Shown here in pieces: positions 53,644-64,000 of a stretch of DNA of 64,000 nucleotides. This DNA comes from Cyanidioschyzon merolae (taxonomy: Eukaryota). Made by a program: the position numbers and the translations under genes. Each line of letters opens with the position of its first letter. The first letter of the stretch is position 1. Below the pieces are notes generated by a model that saw only the letters and a list, made by a program, of their open reading frames with translations, was not told where the DNA came from and did no database searches. The stretch lies in assembly GCA_000091205.1 (NCBI GenBank), contig AP006499.2. One strand, 5' to 3'.

Positions 53644-54528
53644 TTACAATTCCCAAGGGGTGTCTAGCTTGGACTCTTTCGGTGACGAGGCGCCTCGCGG
53701 CATAGTCGGCCCTCGAGCGGAGAGCGGGGTTTGTCTGTTCGGGGCTTCTCGTACACCAATGACAGCGTCGTTCAGATAAACCTGACTGTCGTCATCTGCC
53801 CCGCTCGGTGCGTGCTTTTCATTCTTCGAATAGCTCGGCCAGTCATATTTTTCCTTGAGCAGCAGCAAATGCTTGTAGACGACATTCCATTTGCGTTCCT
53901 GGCCATTGGGAAGACGGGCTTGTACCTCTTTCGCGATCTGAACTTTGCTACGGATCCTTGGAGCAAGCTCATGGTAAACCTCGCTGAATATCGCATCCTC
54001 CGCTTCAGTGAACCGTAAACGATGCGCTTTGCTGTTGACTGGGACACCGGTCTCGCGGGAGCCGCTGCGCGCTGCCGCATGGCCGTTATAAGTGCGAGCT
54101 TCGCGCTGCTCGACACCGTAGCTCGAGGCCTCTTGGACCTCTCTGAAACCAACTGGGCTGGCGGCTAACGCTCTCTTGGCCGATAACTTTCCGAGTTCGA
54201 TGTTTTCGGATAGTGTTTCAGGTGTCGAGCCCACCTGAACAGTTTCGTTTTCGAGTGTCCCTTGGTGAGTCGGAGCCCCAGTAGAAAGCGTCTCAATCAT
54301 GAACTGGGCTGAAGCAATACTTGCTTGCGCAGCGCTGAGCACAGAAGGCGCGTACTCTGCAGCCCATTCACGGAGCGTCTGCTGTGATTCCAGTGTAACG
54401 GAGAGTTGCCTTAAGTAGTCTAGTTTCTCCCGGAGTGTAGCGGTAGCTGCGAGCAGTTCAGAGAACAGAAGGTTCCATGCCTCTGGCGGAGCGCCTCGCT
54501 CTTGATTCATAAGAGCAACACACCCCAC
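53644..54528 (-). CDS. Hypothetical protein with a possible Myb/SANT-like helical segment
   Basis: 294-aa ORF. ...RFTEAEDAIFSEVYHELAPRIRSKVQIAKEVQARLPNGQERKWNVVYKHLLLLKEKYDW... has the spacing of aromatic residues suggestive of a Myb-like fold. This is weak. Confidence 0.3.
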   Translation of the reverse strand: MGCVALMNQERGAPPEAWNLLFSELLAATATLREKLDYLRQLSVTLESQQTLREWAAEYAPSVLSAAQASIASAQFMIETLSTGAPTHQGTLENETVQVGSTPETLSENIELGKLSAKRALAASPVGFREVQEASSYGVEQREARTYNGHAAARSGSRETGVPVNSKAHRLRFTEAEDAIFSEVYHELAPRIRSKVQIAKEVQARLPNGQERKWNVVYKHLLLLKEKYDWPSYSKNEKHAPSGADDDSQVYLNDAVIGVREAPNRQTPLSARGPTMPRGASSPKESKLDTPWEL

Positions 54529-55113
54529 TGTCCAAAGTCTCCTGTTGATTAGTTACTCGTGAAACACAGAGAGGACCATCCGCCCTGAGAAACCAGAACG
54601 CAAAGCCGCTACTGTGCTGGGCGCTCAACAAAACGGTGGCGCACGCGCATCAGTGACGTGTGTTTCCCGGTGCGACGTTGCGCGGTATTTAGTGCAGAGC
54701 GGTCGAGCTTCGGTAACACAACTGTCTTATCTATGAGGACACTCGCATTCTATGCTGGGAGCGCCCAGAAGCGCACTTCTCGTCTGAACCGGACGTAAGG
54801 GCATATGGTGTTGTATCGTCTGGTGCGCTGCGGTCGATAGTGCGCTTGACGGCGTTGGACGATGTAAGGCGCACTTGAACGTGCCTGGTCGCGGTTTCGA
54901 CTGTCGACTCAGCCTCTATAACGTCTAGGCGTTTTCTCTTGTTTTGTAAGTCGCGGAAAACGTACAATAGACAACGCAGCTCCATAGCACAATACACACA
55001 AATTAGTCGAGCGCACGGTGGGAGGTCGGTTGCGTCTCGACGGCAGCGAGCAGGCTGCACGCTTTCTGGAGCGAAAAGTTTCGCGACCATAGAATGTACA
55101 CAAATAAACCTAC

Positions 55114-55542
55114 TCACAGAAGACACCCAGCCTTTTTTGACGGACTGCATGCTATCGGCTTCAGCAACCCCTTGCACAGTTTGAGCCTTAGCGGTTGCGC
55201 GACAAAGTTCGCTCGCGTCACCTCCTCGTGTCTTGTCTTCAGCACTGCACATCTTTTGGTATTGATGGCGACGTTACCGTCTCGGTTCACGAAATCCTTG
55301 CGTTTATTGCCTCTGCTTGAACTCAGCATTGCAGGGATTGCTAGAGGTCCTGCCTTCTATGAAATCAAAGTCTCGTTATCGTCTCGTTGAGCAAACACAT
55401 TTTCTCGCCTTTTTCCGTTCTTCTTCTTTATCACTCGCTCTTCTTCGGTTGGTGGTCGGCGTGAAGAGGATCTTTTTTTTCGTTCCTTTTTTGTGGAACC
55501 CGGCGACACCGGGCCTCCAGGATCCTTGACGTCCGTGACCAT
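55114..55542 (-). pseudogene. TnpB/Fanzor-like C-terminal remnant (copy C)
   Basis: ...KKERKKRSSSRRPPTEEERVIKKKNGKRRENVFAQRDDNETLIS*, then in another frame MLSSSRGNKRKDFVNRDGNVAINTKRCAVLKTRHEEVTRANFVAQPLRLKLCKGLLKPIACSPSKKAGCLL*. Confidence 0.5.
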
Positions 55543-55860
55543 ACCTATTCCTCGGATTTTTTTTATTTGAAAATGAACGCACTTCTTTATGCCCTTAGAT
55601 GAGGGCCTTCCTGGAGCGAGCAGGATTTGCGGAACAAAAACTACTTGTGCCCCGGTGTGTCACCGTGCAGAACGCTCCAGGGACTCGCCCAGTGGAGCGA
55701 TCATTATGTTAAAGGATACAAAACACTCCTTCGATGAGGTTGAAACACGTAGAGCACGGAGGAATGAAAAGCAGCGCTATCTGGATAGAATCTGCAAAAA
55801 CTCGAACGCATCGGAAATGGTGCAATGCCACGTTTTCCAGTAGAGGGAAGTCGGCGGACG

Positions 55861-56382
55861 TCAGGGAAAAGTCTTCAATGATTCGAATTTGCGGGTGCTG
55901 TTGTATGAGTCTCCTGTACGAGCGAAACTGAGGCCGTCAAATGGATCAACTGCAGCTAGAATAGACGATGATGTCCTCGTTCTCCTCGAGATCGATCGCA
56001 CATACAACGAGCCCCCTCTTTTTGAATACCCATATACGCTTCGGCCGTTTCGTCCAAAGCAAGTCTCATTTACCGGCGAAACAAACCGCCATTCCCGTGC
56101 TTCATACCGATCGCGACGTTTCAGGGATGCTGTCGTAGCGATTTCGATGGACGATGGTCGTGCATGAGCTAGGACTCTTTTTTTGCGACTGTATCCCAGT
56201 GTTTTCAGTACCACATGAACAAGTTTTTGAGAAACAGATACACTCTTGGCGGCTACTATCGTCGCTTTTGCCTCCCGCAGGGTGATCAACGGGTCGTATT
56301 TCCACCATGGACCGCAAAGAGTCTTTAAGAATATGGCTCTTGGCGCGGAGCGCGTATCCTGTGATCTTTCAGTGATCCTCAA
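55861..56382 (-). pseudogene. Tc1/mariner-like (DDE_3) transposase remnant (copy C)
   Basis: ...SQKLVHVVLKTLGYSRKKRVLAHARPSSIEIATTASLKRRDRYEAREWRFVSPVNETCFGRNGRSVYGYSKRGG... FSDE is degenerate, reading VNETCF. Confidence 0.55.
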
Positions 56383-56935
56383 CTATCTGAGAACTGCCGT
56401 ATGACTGACCTAAAAGAAAAATACGGTCCCCCGTGCACAATGAAGTAAGGAATATATATCCTCCAGGCAGTTTGCCTTCGAATTATACGGTACGATGTAA
56501 CTTGATATCGATCTGCCGCTCGTACTGCGAAAAAGCATTCGATGACACGCATCAGCGGTGGAACAGAATTGACCTGAAAGTCCGCAGAAATCGAACAATC
56601 TTTCAAGGTTTTGTCCATGATTCTAAAATGTGATATATTGGTCCATAACGCATTGCACGCCAAGCGATCGCGAGCGCCGCTCCCCATGTAACGAGCACCG
56701 ACGCGCGTCTGACGCCGAGCCCGGGCCAAAACTCGAACCGGTGCTGCGCAGCGACGGCCGCGACACGATGTGGCGAATGCCGGCGTATTCGTCGACACTT
56801 TGTAGACGCTCTAGCGCAGGCTTTACGTAACGAACTTTTTCTGATCGAAAACCAAAACTCAGTTTGATCGTACCTTGTGCACGCGTGGACAGTAAAAACT
56901 TGTATTGGGACCGATAATTGTCATAGGACGCGACC

Positions 56936-58447
56936 ATGGCAGTTTGTTTCGTTCTTCCGCACAATGGACTCGCGGCAGTAGCCGGGAGGCGAGCGCAGAG
57001 TGGCTGGAAACCCAGCGGTGCCCTCTTCCGCGAAACGAGAATGGTTATTAGCGCCAAGCCTGATTCAAAGAAAAATACTGGTGGTCGCGTATGGCGACCT
57101 TCTTCTTGGCGGGAAATGCCTGTCAAACAGGTACCGACGTACCCAGACGAGGCGAGGCTGCAGGATGTTGAGGCGAGGCTGCACAAGGCGCTGCCCCTGG
57201 TCTACACTGGTGAGTGTGAGCACCTGAAAAAGCTGATTGCAAAAGCCAGCCGCGGAGAAGCATTCGTTCTACAAGGAGGCGACTGTGCGGAGTCATTCGA
57301 GGAGTTCGAAAAGTACGGTGGCGACAACATACGGGATACTTTTCTCCTGCTCATTCAGATGAGCATCGTTCTCATGTACGCCCTCGGGTTGCCGGTGGTG
57401 AAAATCGGTCGCATGGCTGGGCAGTTTGCGAAACCACGCACATCGCCTATGGAGCGGGAAAAGAATAAGAAGCTTGAACTGCCCAGCTATCGTGGCGACA
57501 TGATCAACGGGCCCGAGTTCGAAGCACGAGCGCGCGTGCCCGATCCCGAACGGATGCTCCGAGCGTATCACCAGAGCACTGCGACGATCAACCTCGTGCG
57601 AGCGCTTGCGTATGGTGGTTTCGTGGATCTACATCGCATCCATGAAATCAACTTGGAATTCGTGAACGGCACACCGCAGGGAAAACGCTTTTTCGAATAC
57701 GCTGCTCGGATCACGGATGCTCTGCGCTTCATGTCGAGCTGCGGCATTCAAGCCAACTCCCCGATGATCAAACAGGCAGAGTTTTTCGTCTCACACGAGG
57801 CACTTCTGCTTCCATACGAAGAAGCGCTCGTACGCCAGGACAGAGAGACCGGCAAGTACTATGCAACTTCAGGCCATATGATCTGGTGCGGCGACCGAAC
57901 CAGACAGCCAGATGGTGGCCATGTCGAGTTCCTACGCGGCATCGCGAACCCGATTGGGATCAAATGCGGACCCTCTCTGACTGAGGCGGAGTTGATTGAG
58001 CTGCTGGACATTTTGAATCCGGACAATGAGCCAGGTCGCATTACGCTGATCTCACGTGTTGGTGCTGGACGAGTACGCGAACATCTGCCTCGTTTTATTG
58101 AATGCGTGCAGCGTGAGGGACGAATCGTTACCTGGTCATGTGATCCAATGCACGGAAATACGGTAACAACTGCATCCGGAGTGAAAACTCGGCGATTCGA
58201 CGACATTTTAAGCGAAGTCAAGGAATTTTTTGAAGTTCATCGTGAAATGGGCTCGATTCCGGGCGGTATTCATCTGGAAATGACCGGCCAGAATGTGACA
58301 GAATGCATCGGAGGTATGTATGAGCTCTCGGATGCGGATCTGGCCACTCGTTTTGAATCTCGATGCGATCCGAGACTGAATGCGAGCCAGAGCCTGGAAT
58401 TAGCTTTTCTGCTCTCGGAGTACATGTCGGGCAAGCGTACGGATTGA
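56936..58447 (+). CDS. 3-deoxy-D-arabino-heptulosonate-7-phosphate (DAHP) synthase, class II (plant/microbial AroA-II type), with an N-terminal extension
   Basis: ...FVLQGGDCAESFEEF..., ...KIGRMAGQFAKPRTS..., ...ELPSYRGDMINGPEF..., ...IWCGDRTRQPDGGHVEFLRGIANPIGIKCGPS..., ...WSCDPMHGNT... are the conserved class II DAHPS blocks. About 80 aa precede the conserved core; this may be a targeting peptide. Confidence 0.9.
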   Translation: MAVCFVLPHNGLAAVAGRRAQSGWKPSGALFRETRMVISAKPDSKKNTGGRVWRPSSWREMPVKQVPTYPDEARLQDVEARLHKALPLVYTGECEHLKKLIAKASRGEAFVLQGGDCAESFEEFEKYGGDNIRDTFLLLIQMSIVLMYALGLPVVKIGRMAGQFAKPRTSPMEREKNKKLELPSYRGDMINGPEFEARARVPDPERMLRAYHQSTATINLVRALAYGGFVDLHRIHEINLEFVNGTPQGKRFFEYAARITDALRFMSSCGIQANSPMIKQAEFFVSHEALLLPYEEALVRQDRETGKYYATSGHMIWCGDRTRQPDGGHVEFLRGIANPIGIKCGPSLTEAELIELLDILNPDNEPGRITLISRVGAGRVREHLPRFIECVQREGRIVTWSCDPMHGNTVTTASGVKTRRFDDILSEVKEFFEVHREMGSIPGGIHLEMTGQNVTECIGGMYELSDADLATRFESRCDPRLNASQSLELAFLLSEYMSGKRTD

Positions 58448-60570
58448 GCACCCCGCGGAGTAAAGCTCCAGCGAGTATGATCGGCAGGTTCATCTACACC
58501 ATGCAAAAAAACCCGCGACCAGAGCGAGGCCTCGCTCCTCTACATGATCGAGCATAGGCTCCGGTCCGCGTTGAGTCTCGCCCATGCTCTGGATGTGTTT
58601 GGCGTGTCGTTTCGATGCGCAGCGGGCTTTTGAAGAACGGGGAGTTCCAGAAGTCTAGTGCCGTCTGGTCGCAAAATATCTCCGTAAATGACGTACTCGA
58701 TGGTATCCAGTTCCTCTTGAGAAAGCGACCGACTGAGGACGCGACTATGCGCACGCAGGAGTTTCTCTGTGACGCGGCTTTCCGGCTGATCGCTCTTCCA
58801 TCGATTTGCTGAAGTCTGCAGAACGTCGCAGTTGGTTGAGTCTGAGCGTCCACCTTTGCCCCAGGGTGCGCGGTGGTCATACTCGTAACAGAGCGGACCG
58901 TTGCAACCATGCAGTGCGCGGCATACCAAGTTCCCGACTCGATCGAAGCGCCAGCGCCTTGGGTGTCTACCCGGAACAACTTGAGCGTTCCTCCAGCAGA
59001 TGTTTCGCTCAGTATGCGAAAACAGGCGCCTTCCGTCGCGACGCGTATCCTCCAGGACGTCTTGCGCGACGGTTAGCAGCTTCCGACCCCAGACCGGCTG
59101 CTGCATCACCTTCCCAGCTGTGCACGCTGAAGCTTGACCAGTGCAAGCAGTAGCGTTGTTTCCTCCAGGGGCTCGTAGCGTCTTATCGAGATCCTTTACC
59201 GAGTTCAGCAAGAAACCTGGGCAGGCAGTGAACCTAGCAAGCCGGCTTCAAAGGTTTGTTGCACGTCGAAGCGCTCATGAAGAAACCGTTTATCGCCCAA
59301 CACCGTCTGCGCAAGCTGGAACCAAATGAAGCGTTCTAGGATGTTTTCAGGATGTCGTACTGCTAAACTGTCAGCGTTGCGTCCGCAATGCAGCGGTTTG
59401 TGCTGCGCTCTATGATCGATGAAACCTGTGCGAGACAAATATGCTTCCGAGCGACCATCAACGGTGCAGGTCATAGAGCCAATCCATACCTGACAGGTCG
59501 AGAAGAGCATCGATCGATCCTCTGGCAATGCTCCATAGCGAAGACATGTGAGCTAGACTGCGTGATGCGCGACACCCCGAGGATCCATTCGCCCCCGGTC
59601 TTGGAGCGCCCACATGTGAGGTCGAAGATAAAATCACGAGCGCCCAGGTTCTCTTCAGGTATCTCCGCTTTCTTCCGTTGTGTCTATCTCCGGGAGGGAG
59701 CTCCCGTAAACCCAGAAACAACGCGGTAATGAAGAATCCATCGCACAGGACTCGAATTGCTGCTCGAGTGTTGCAACATTCGAGGCACTCAACATCGGGG
59801 TCGTGCATCTGCTTGACATCGCGACGTTCGTGGTTGCGTGCCTTTGCCTATTCGGAAGCTCTAGCGCACGCATGTACGGTGTGCGTCAAGCCGTCACTCC
59901 CTCATACATGGGAAAGCCCTGCTCTCTCTGTGCTGCATCCGCAACTTCGCTATAGGCGCTGTTGCGGACGCTCACGATAGAGTCGGTGTGTGATGGAACG
60001 TACGAAATGACTTGTATCTCCGGGGGGAATAGCGAGTGCTGGAACTTGTAGGTGGGTAGAATTACGGGCGCTTTCCCGATCGCCACTATCAAGCTCAATC
60101 GGAGATTCCTGGTCGCTAGAAAAGTTCTCTCAACAAGCAACGTACAGCGTTCTGGTTCGATGTATGCGCAGCGCCGTGTTCACGTCAGGTTCTGGCGCAG
60201 AAGCGTCGTATGGCTGTTTCCACCGCCGTGGCGGATGCCTTGCTCCAAGCACCAGGTATACGGTCACATTATTGGTACTGACAGGGAAGATGCCTCTCTA
60301 GCGCCGATTCCAACTACGAGATGCTACGTACTGAACGACCTGTGCTGGCGTTTCAGCATACCCAGAGCGACGCCGCATCGGATGCTGCGGAACGTTCTTC
60401 AGTGACATCCTGCACGTGGGTGAAACTGGACGCCCTCTCGGGGACGCGCACTGCGCGCCATCTGCGACACACACCGCGTCCGTTCTGGGTCCGTAGCTGT
60501 GGTCAGTGGGGTTTGCTTGACGACCTGGCGCTTAAAGAGAGCGCAGCATAAATCCGGGTCTGTCTGCTGA

Positions 60571-61230
<660 letters not shown>

Positions 61231-62272
61231 CCTGTAAGGCGATCTTGGCGGTGCAGCACTGAAGGGTTTCAAGGCCCTCGGTTAAATGTCTCAAAGTTCC
61301 GCGTACTAGGCGCGGCGCACGGAAGGCGCGCAGTCGTGTTCGTACCCTAGACTGGTACAGGCTGTGAGAATCTCTTCTCTATCATGCATCCGTCGCAGTA
61401 CGTTCTTTAAGGAAATGCATTTCTATCAAAGGACCTCGGTGGTCCTGGTAAACGAGTAGGGCGATGGTTCCGGAAAAGGCTGAAGGGCGACGGTGCTGTG
61501 CCAGCGCCGACCGCCTTCTTCGTACTAGCGCCCGCTTCTGGCTCTGTAACGCTTGCCTTAGCACTAGCAGTCGCTGACGTCGTGCTCGCTGCACCATTTC
61601 CAGTGGATGCTCTGTCATGTGTTTGCACGCTCTGTGCGGAAGCCGTTTTTGGTGGTTTCTCCGCCGCACTTGACGAGGACCCCGCAGTGCTACCGGCATC
61701 CGTTGGTACCCGAGGCACTACTCCAGTCGTTTGTTTCCTCTCAAATGCTGGCAGCTGGCCGTTGCGAATACGACTGCGAGCTGAATCAGCTCCGGGCATT
61801 GGAAGGCGCTTCTTGCCAAGTTTGCCGCCTCGAGTCAATATCCAGCCGTCGCCGCCCCAGACTCGGTCTGCGCGAAGCACCAGCAACGGGCGGCTGTTCT
61901 GCGCAGAGATCGAGCTCCGCCAGCTAGTCTCGTGAAGTGCATGCGCGCAAAACCCGATGACACCTATTGAACCGAGTGTTCCAAAGGACTGCAACGCACT
62001 CAACGCAAAAGCTTGGCACTGCATGGAGAGGCTCAGACACCCTGAAGGAATTGATGAATAAAGATCAAGCGCAGCTAACTGTGGAGCCGTAGCGGCGGTC
62101 GGCGCTCTGCGGCACACGCGGCAGTGGGTAGTTTAAGAAAAACAACAAAGCGGACATTCTCTTGCGGTGTCCGTGTATAGGGTCTTTCATCTCAATTTCG
62201 TTCCGCCTCTGCTACGTTCTGTAGAAGAAGGTCGAAATTATTGTGTAATTAACCTTTTAGATCGTAGACGAA

Positions 62273-62692
62273 TTGTCAGTAGGGTACGTATTCTTTACTA
62301 AACAGTCCACGGAGAACTGCATTCCTTCTTCATGTCAGACATTCCACATCACGCAGATGGTTGCGGAACACTGGAAGACAGGCATAGACGCGCTCTGCGT
62401 CAAGAACCGATATTCTCCACGTGTGCTTCCAATCAACGGTAGAACACGATCCTTTGATCACCTTTTCCGGAAGTACAAAGCGACGATAATAGATGCCACC
62501 AGCGCCTCTGTTTCTAAACAGCTTGTTCATGTGGTCCAGAATACACTAGGATACTGTCGCAAGAATGTCCTAGTTCAATCACCGTCATCTCCCATGGAAA
62601 TCCCAGTTACAGTGCTCCTTGAACATCGAGATCGGTATGAAGCACAGGGACGTGGGTTTTTTTCCTCAGTCAATGAGACTTGCTTCCGATGA
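62273..62692 (+). pseudogene. Tc1/mariner-like (DDE_3) transposase remnant (copy G)
   Basis: ...SKQLVHVVQNTLGYCRKNVLVQSPSSPMEIPVTVLLEHRDRYEAQGRGFFSSVNETCFR... fits the Tc1 helix-turn-helix and first DDE-block pattern. Confidence 0.55.
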
Positions 62693-63002
62693 AACAGTCG
62701 GAGAAGATACGGATATTTGCGGAGCGGGGCGCCCGTTCCATATACCATCGAATTCGAGACGAACGACGAAATCATCATCCGTTCTAGTTGTAGTGGATTC
62801 TATTTACGGCCTCAGTTTCGATCGTGGGGAAGGCTCATACAACAGCACCAACCATTTTGTCGAATCATTGACGATTTTTCTCTAACATCTGGCGACGTCC
62901 TTCTACTGAACAACGTGGCATTTCACCAGCCCCCTCGCGGTCGAGCGTTTCCCGATTCTATCGGGATAGAGCTCGTTTTCATTCTTCCGTACGCTCCGTG
63001 AT

Positions 63003-63486
63003 TCAACCGGAACGAAGCAATCTTTTGTATCCTGAAATGCAACGATTGCTCCACAGCGAGATTCGCTGAAGCGTCCAGCACATGGTAAAACTGGGCCACA
63101 TTATGTACCATTTGCGCAAGTGCTTTTTCTTCCGGGAAGGGCCCCACCAAAGGCCATAAAGAAGTGCACTCACTCTAAAAGAATTAAGGGATGAGCTGGG
63201 ATGCACACTTCAGATGCTCGAGATTGAGAAAAGACTGCAGAGCGCTTTGGCGACAGAAATGTACGAAGACATGATAGAGCACCAAATGGCACAGAGGGCC
63301 TAAGTGCGCAGATTCCTCGCATAGGTGAGTACAAGCGGAAGCAAGAAAGGCATGAAGTTCGTGACCCGAGATTATAACGCTGCTATCAATATCAGGAGAT
63401 TTGCGGTGCTGGCGACGAAATCCCGGAAGCTGACGCGAGCTTCCTTTAGAGGGTCAGCATCTCAGGCTCGAAGTATGCTGGGATAA
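63003..63486 (+). pseudogene. TnpB/Fanzor-like C-terminal remnant (copy G), the best-preserved RuvC-III motif in the window
   Basis: atgaagttcgtgacccgagattataacgctgctatcaatatcaggagatttgcggtgctg translates to MKFVTRDYNAAINIRRFAVL, matching the D-x-NAA-x-NI RuvC-III consensus of TnpB/Fanzor/Cas12. The upstream part is frameshifted. Confidence 0.55.
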
Positions 63487-63556
63487 ATACTGAAACCGAT
63501 AGCAGGCAACCGGTTGAAAAAGCCTGGGAGGCGTCTTCTGGTGGATATGCATATAC
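63487..63556 (+). ncRNA. Candidate omega-RNA scaffold remnant (copy G)
   Basis: The conserved segment ...aaatactgaaaccgatagcaggcaaccggttgaaaaagcctgggaggcgtcttctggtggatatgcatatac lies immediately 3' of the Fanzor-like stop. Confidence 0.25.
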
Positions 63557-64000
63557 CCCCACATGGCGGTGCGAAATTTTTTATTTCACTGAGGGTATGT
63601 ATTTTGATGGACTTAAATAGAAGAAGCGGACACGATCGCAGTCGACGCGGGCGTGAATGCTGCGAACCCCGTATTTCCATCCGCCCTTCTGCTGTGCTAA
63701 GCTGTGCTGCGGAAAGAACAAGGTCCCGTGTCAAATGAACACGGAGTCGCGTTGGCGGCGACAATTTGGAAGAGGTGCAATGCTTTCCTCGAATACTCTC
63801 GCCGGCTTTGTGAACGTATTCGGGCCGGTGGCGGGCCAAGCTGGAAGCACGCGTGCGGCGCTTCGAAGCGCAACGGTACGGCTCAGCAGGGTCTGCACGG
63901 ACGCGGTCTCACGGCGAAACCGGAAGCAAGCCACCTGTATGAGGCCGCGCTCGCGTGCGCGACTCTTTATGGGCACCGATACGAACCCAGATGGTGAAGA

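Larger units (their letters stand above)
55094..56515 (-). mobile_element. Tc1/mariner-like plus Fanzor-like composite element, copy C (1.42 kb)
   Basis: The left end (reverse complement) reads cagatcgatatcaagttacatcg... The Tc1-like remnant is at 55861..56382 and the Fanzor remnant at 55114..55542. The 3' end (reverse complement) reads ...aaaaaggctgggtgtcttctgtgagtaggtttatttgtgtacat. Colinear with copies A, B and G. Confidence 0.65.
62229..63556 (+). mobile_element. Tc1/mariner-like plus Fanzor-like composite element, copy G (1.33 kb), truncated only by its own 3' end near the window edge
   Basis: Left end gtcgaaattattgtgtaattaaccttttagatcgtagacgaattgtc... The Tc1-like remnant is at 62273..62692. 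The internal region aligns with copy B 35830-36250. The Fanzor C-terminus is KGMKFVTRDYNAAINIRRFAVLATKSRKLTRASFRG... The 3' module reads ...ccgatagcaggcaaccggttgaaaaagcctgggaggcgtcttctggtggatatgcatatac. Confidence 0.65.

Noticed and set aside
58540-59528. Minus-strand ORFs (223 aa and 107 aa) downstream of the DAHP synthase gene, with Cys/His-containing stretches (…CRALHGCNGPLCYEYDHRAP…).
   Set aside because: The composition is Arg-rich and low-complexity in parts, and the motif is not recognisable. The plus-strand track ORFs here are equally long. I left this unannotated rather than call it a zinc-finger gene.

Overview
This window is eukaryotic nuclear DNA. It is GC-rich and gene-dense, most genes are single uninterrupted ORFs, and at least one canonical GT-AG intron is visible in eIF1A. 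Recognisable housekeeping genes are the Lon protease C-terminus, DNA polymerase epsilon catalytic subunit (2244 aa, one exon), a RAD51-paralog-like ATPase, gamma-glutamyltranspeptidase, DPH7, pantothenate kinase, an RRM protein, an FCP1/SCP-type CTD phosphatase, SPO11/TopoVI-A, TCTP, an NDUFAF6-like protein, eIF1A, RPL39, class II DAHP synthase and Rab6. No prokaryotic defence system or CRISPR array is present. The accessory content is a repeat landscape in two parts. The first is a family of short (about 1.3-1.4 kb) degenerate elements. Each combines a Tc1/mariner-like (DDE_3) transposase remnant with the C-terminal part of a TnpB/Fanzor-like RuvC nuclease, carrying the hallmark D-x-NAA-x-NI RuvC-III motif. 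Each also has a conserved 3' segment where an omega-RNA would be expected. Seven copies or fragments are visible. One of them, at 31990-34450 on the minus strand, is a longer 2.4 kb frameshifted Fanzor-like pseudogene from which the short copies appear to be deletion derivatives. The second is a 1.3 kb GC-rich repeat family present four times. Two near-identical copies form a 1.36 kb inverted repeat around a 7.1 kb segment holding the RAD51-paralog gene, the GGT gene and one Tc1/Fanzor element. Two further copies, related to these but divergent, form a 1.27 kb direct repeat around a 5.1 kb segment holding the CTD-phosphatase and SPO11 genes. All homology calls are from reading the translations by eye. 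None has been checked against a database.
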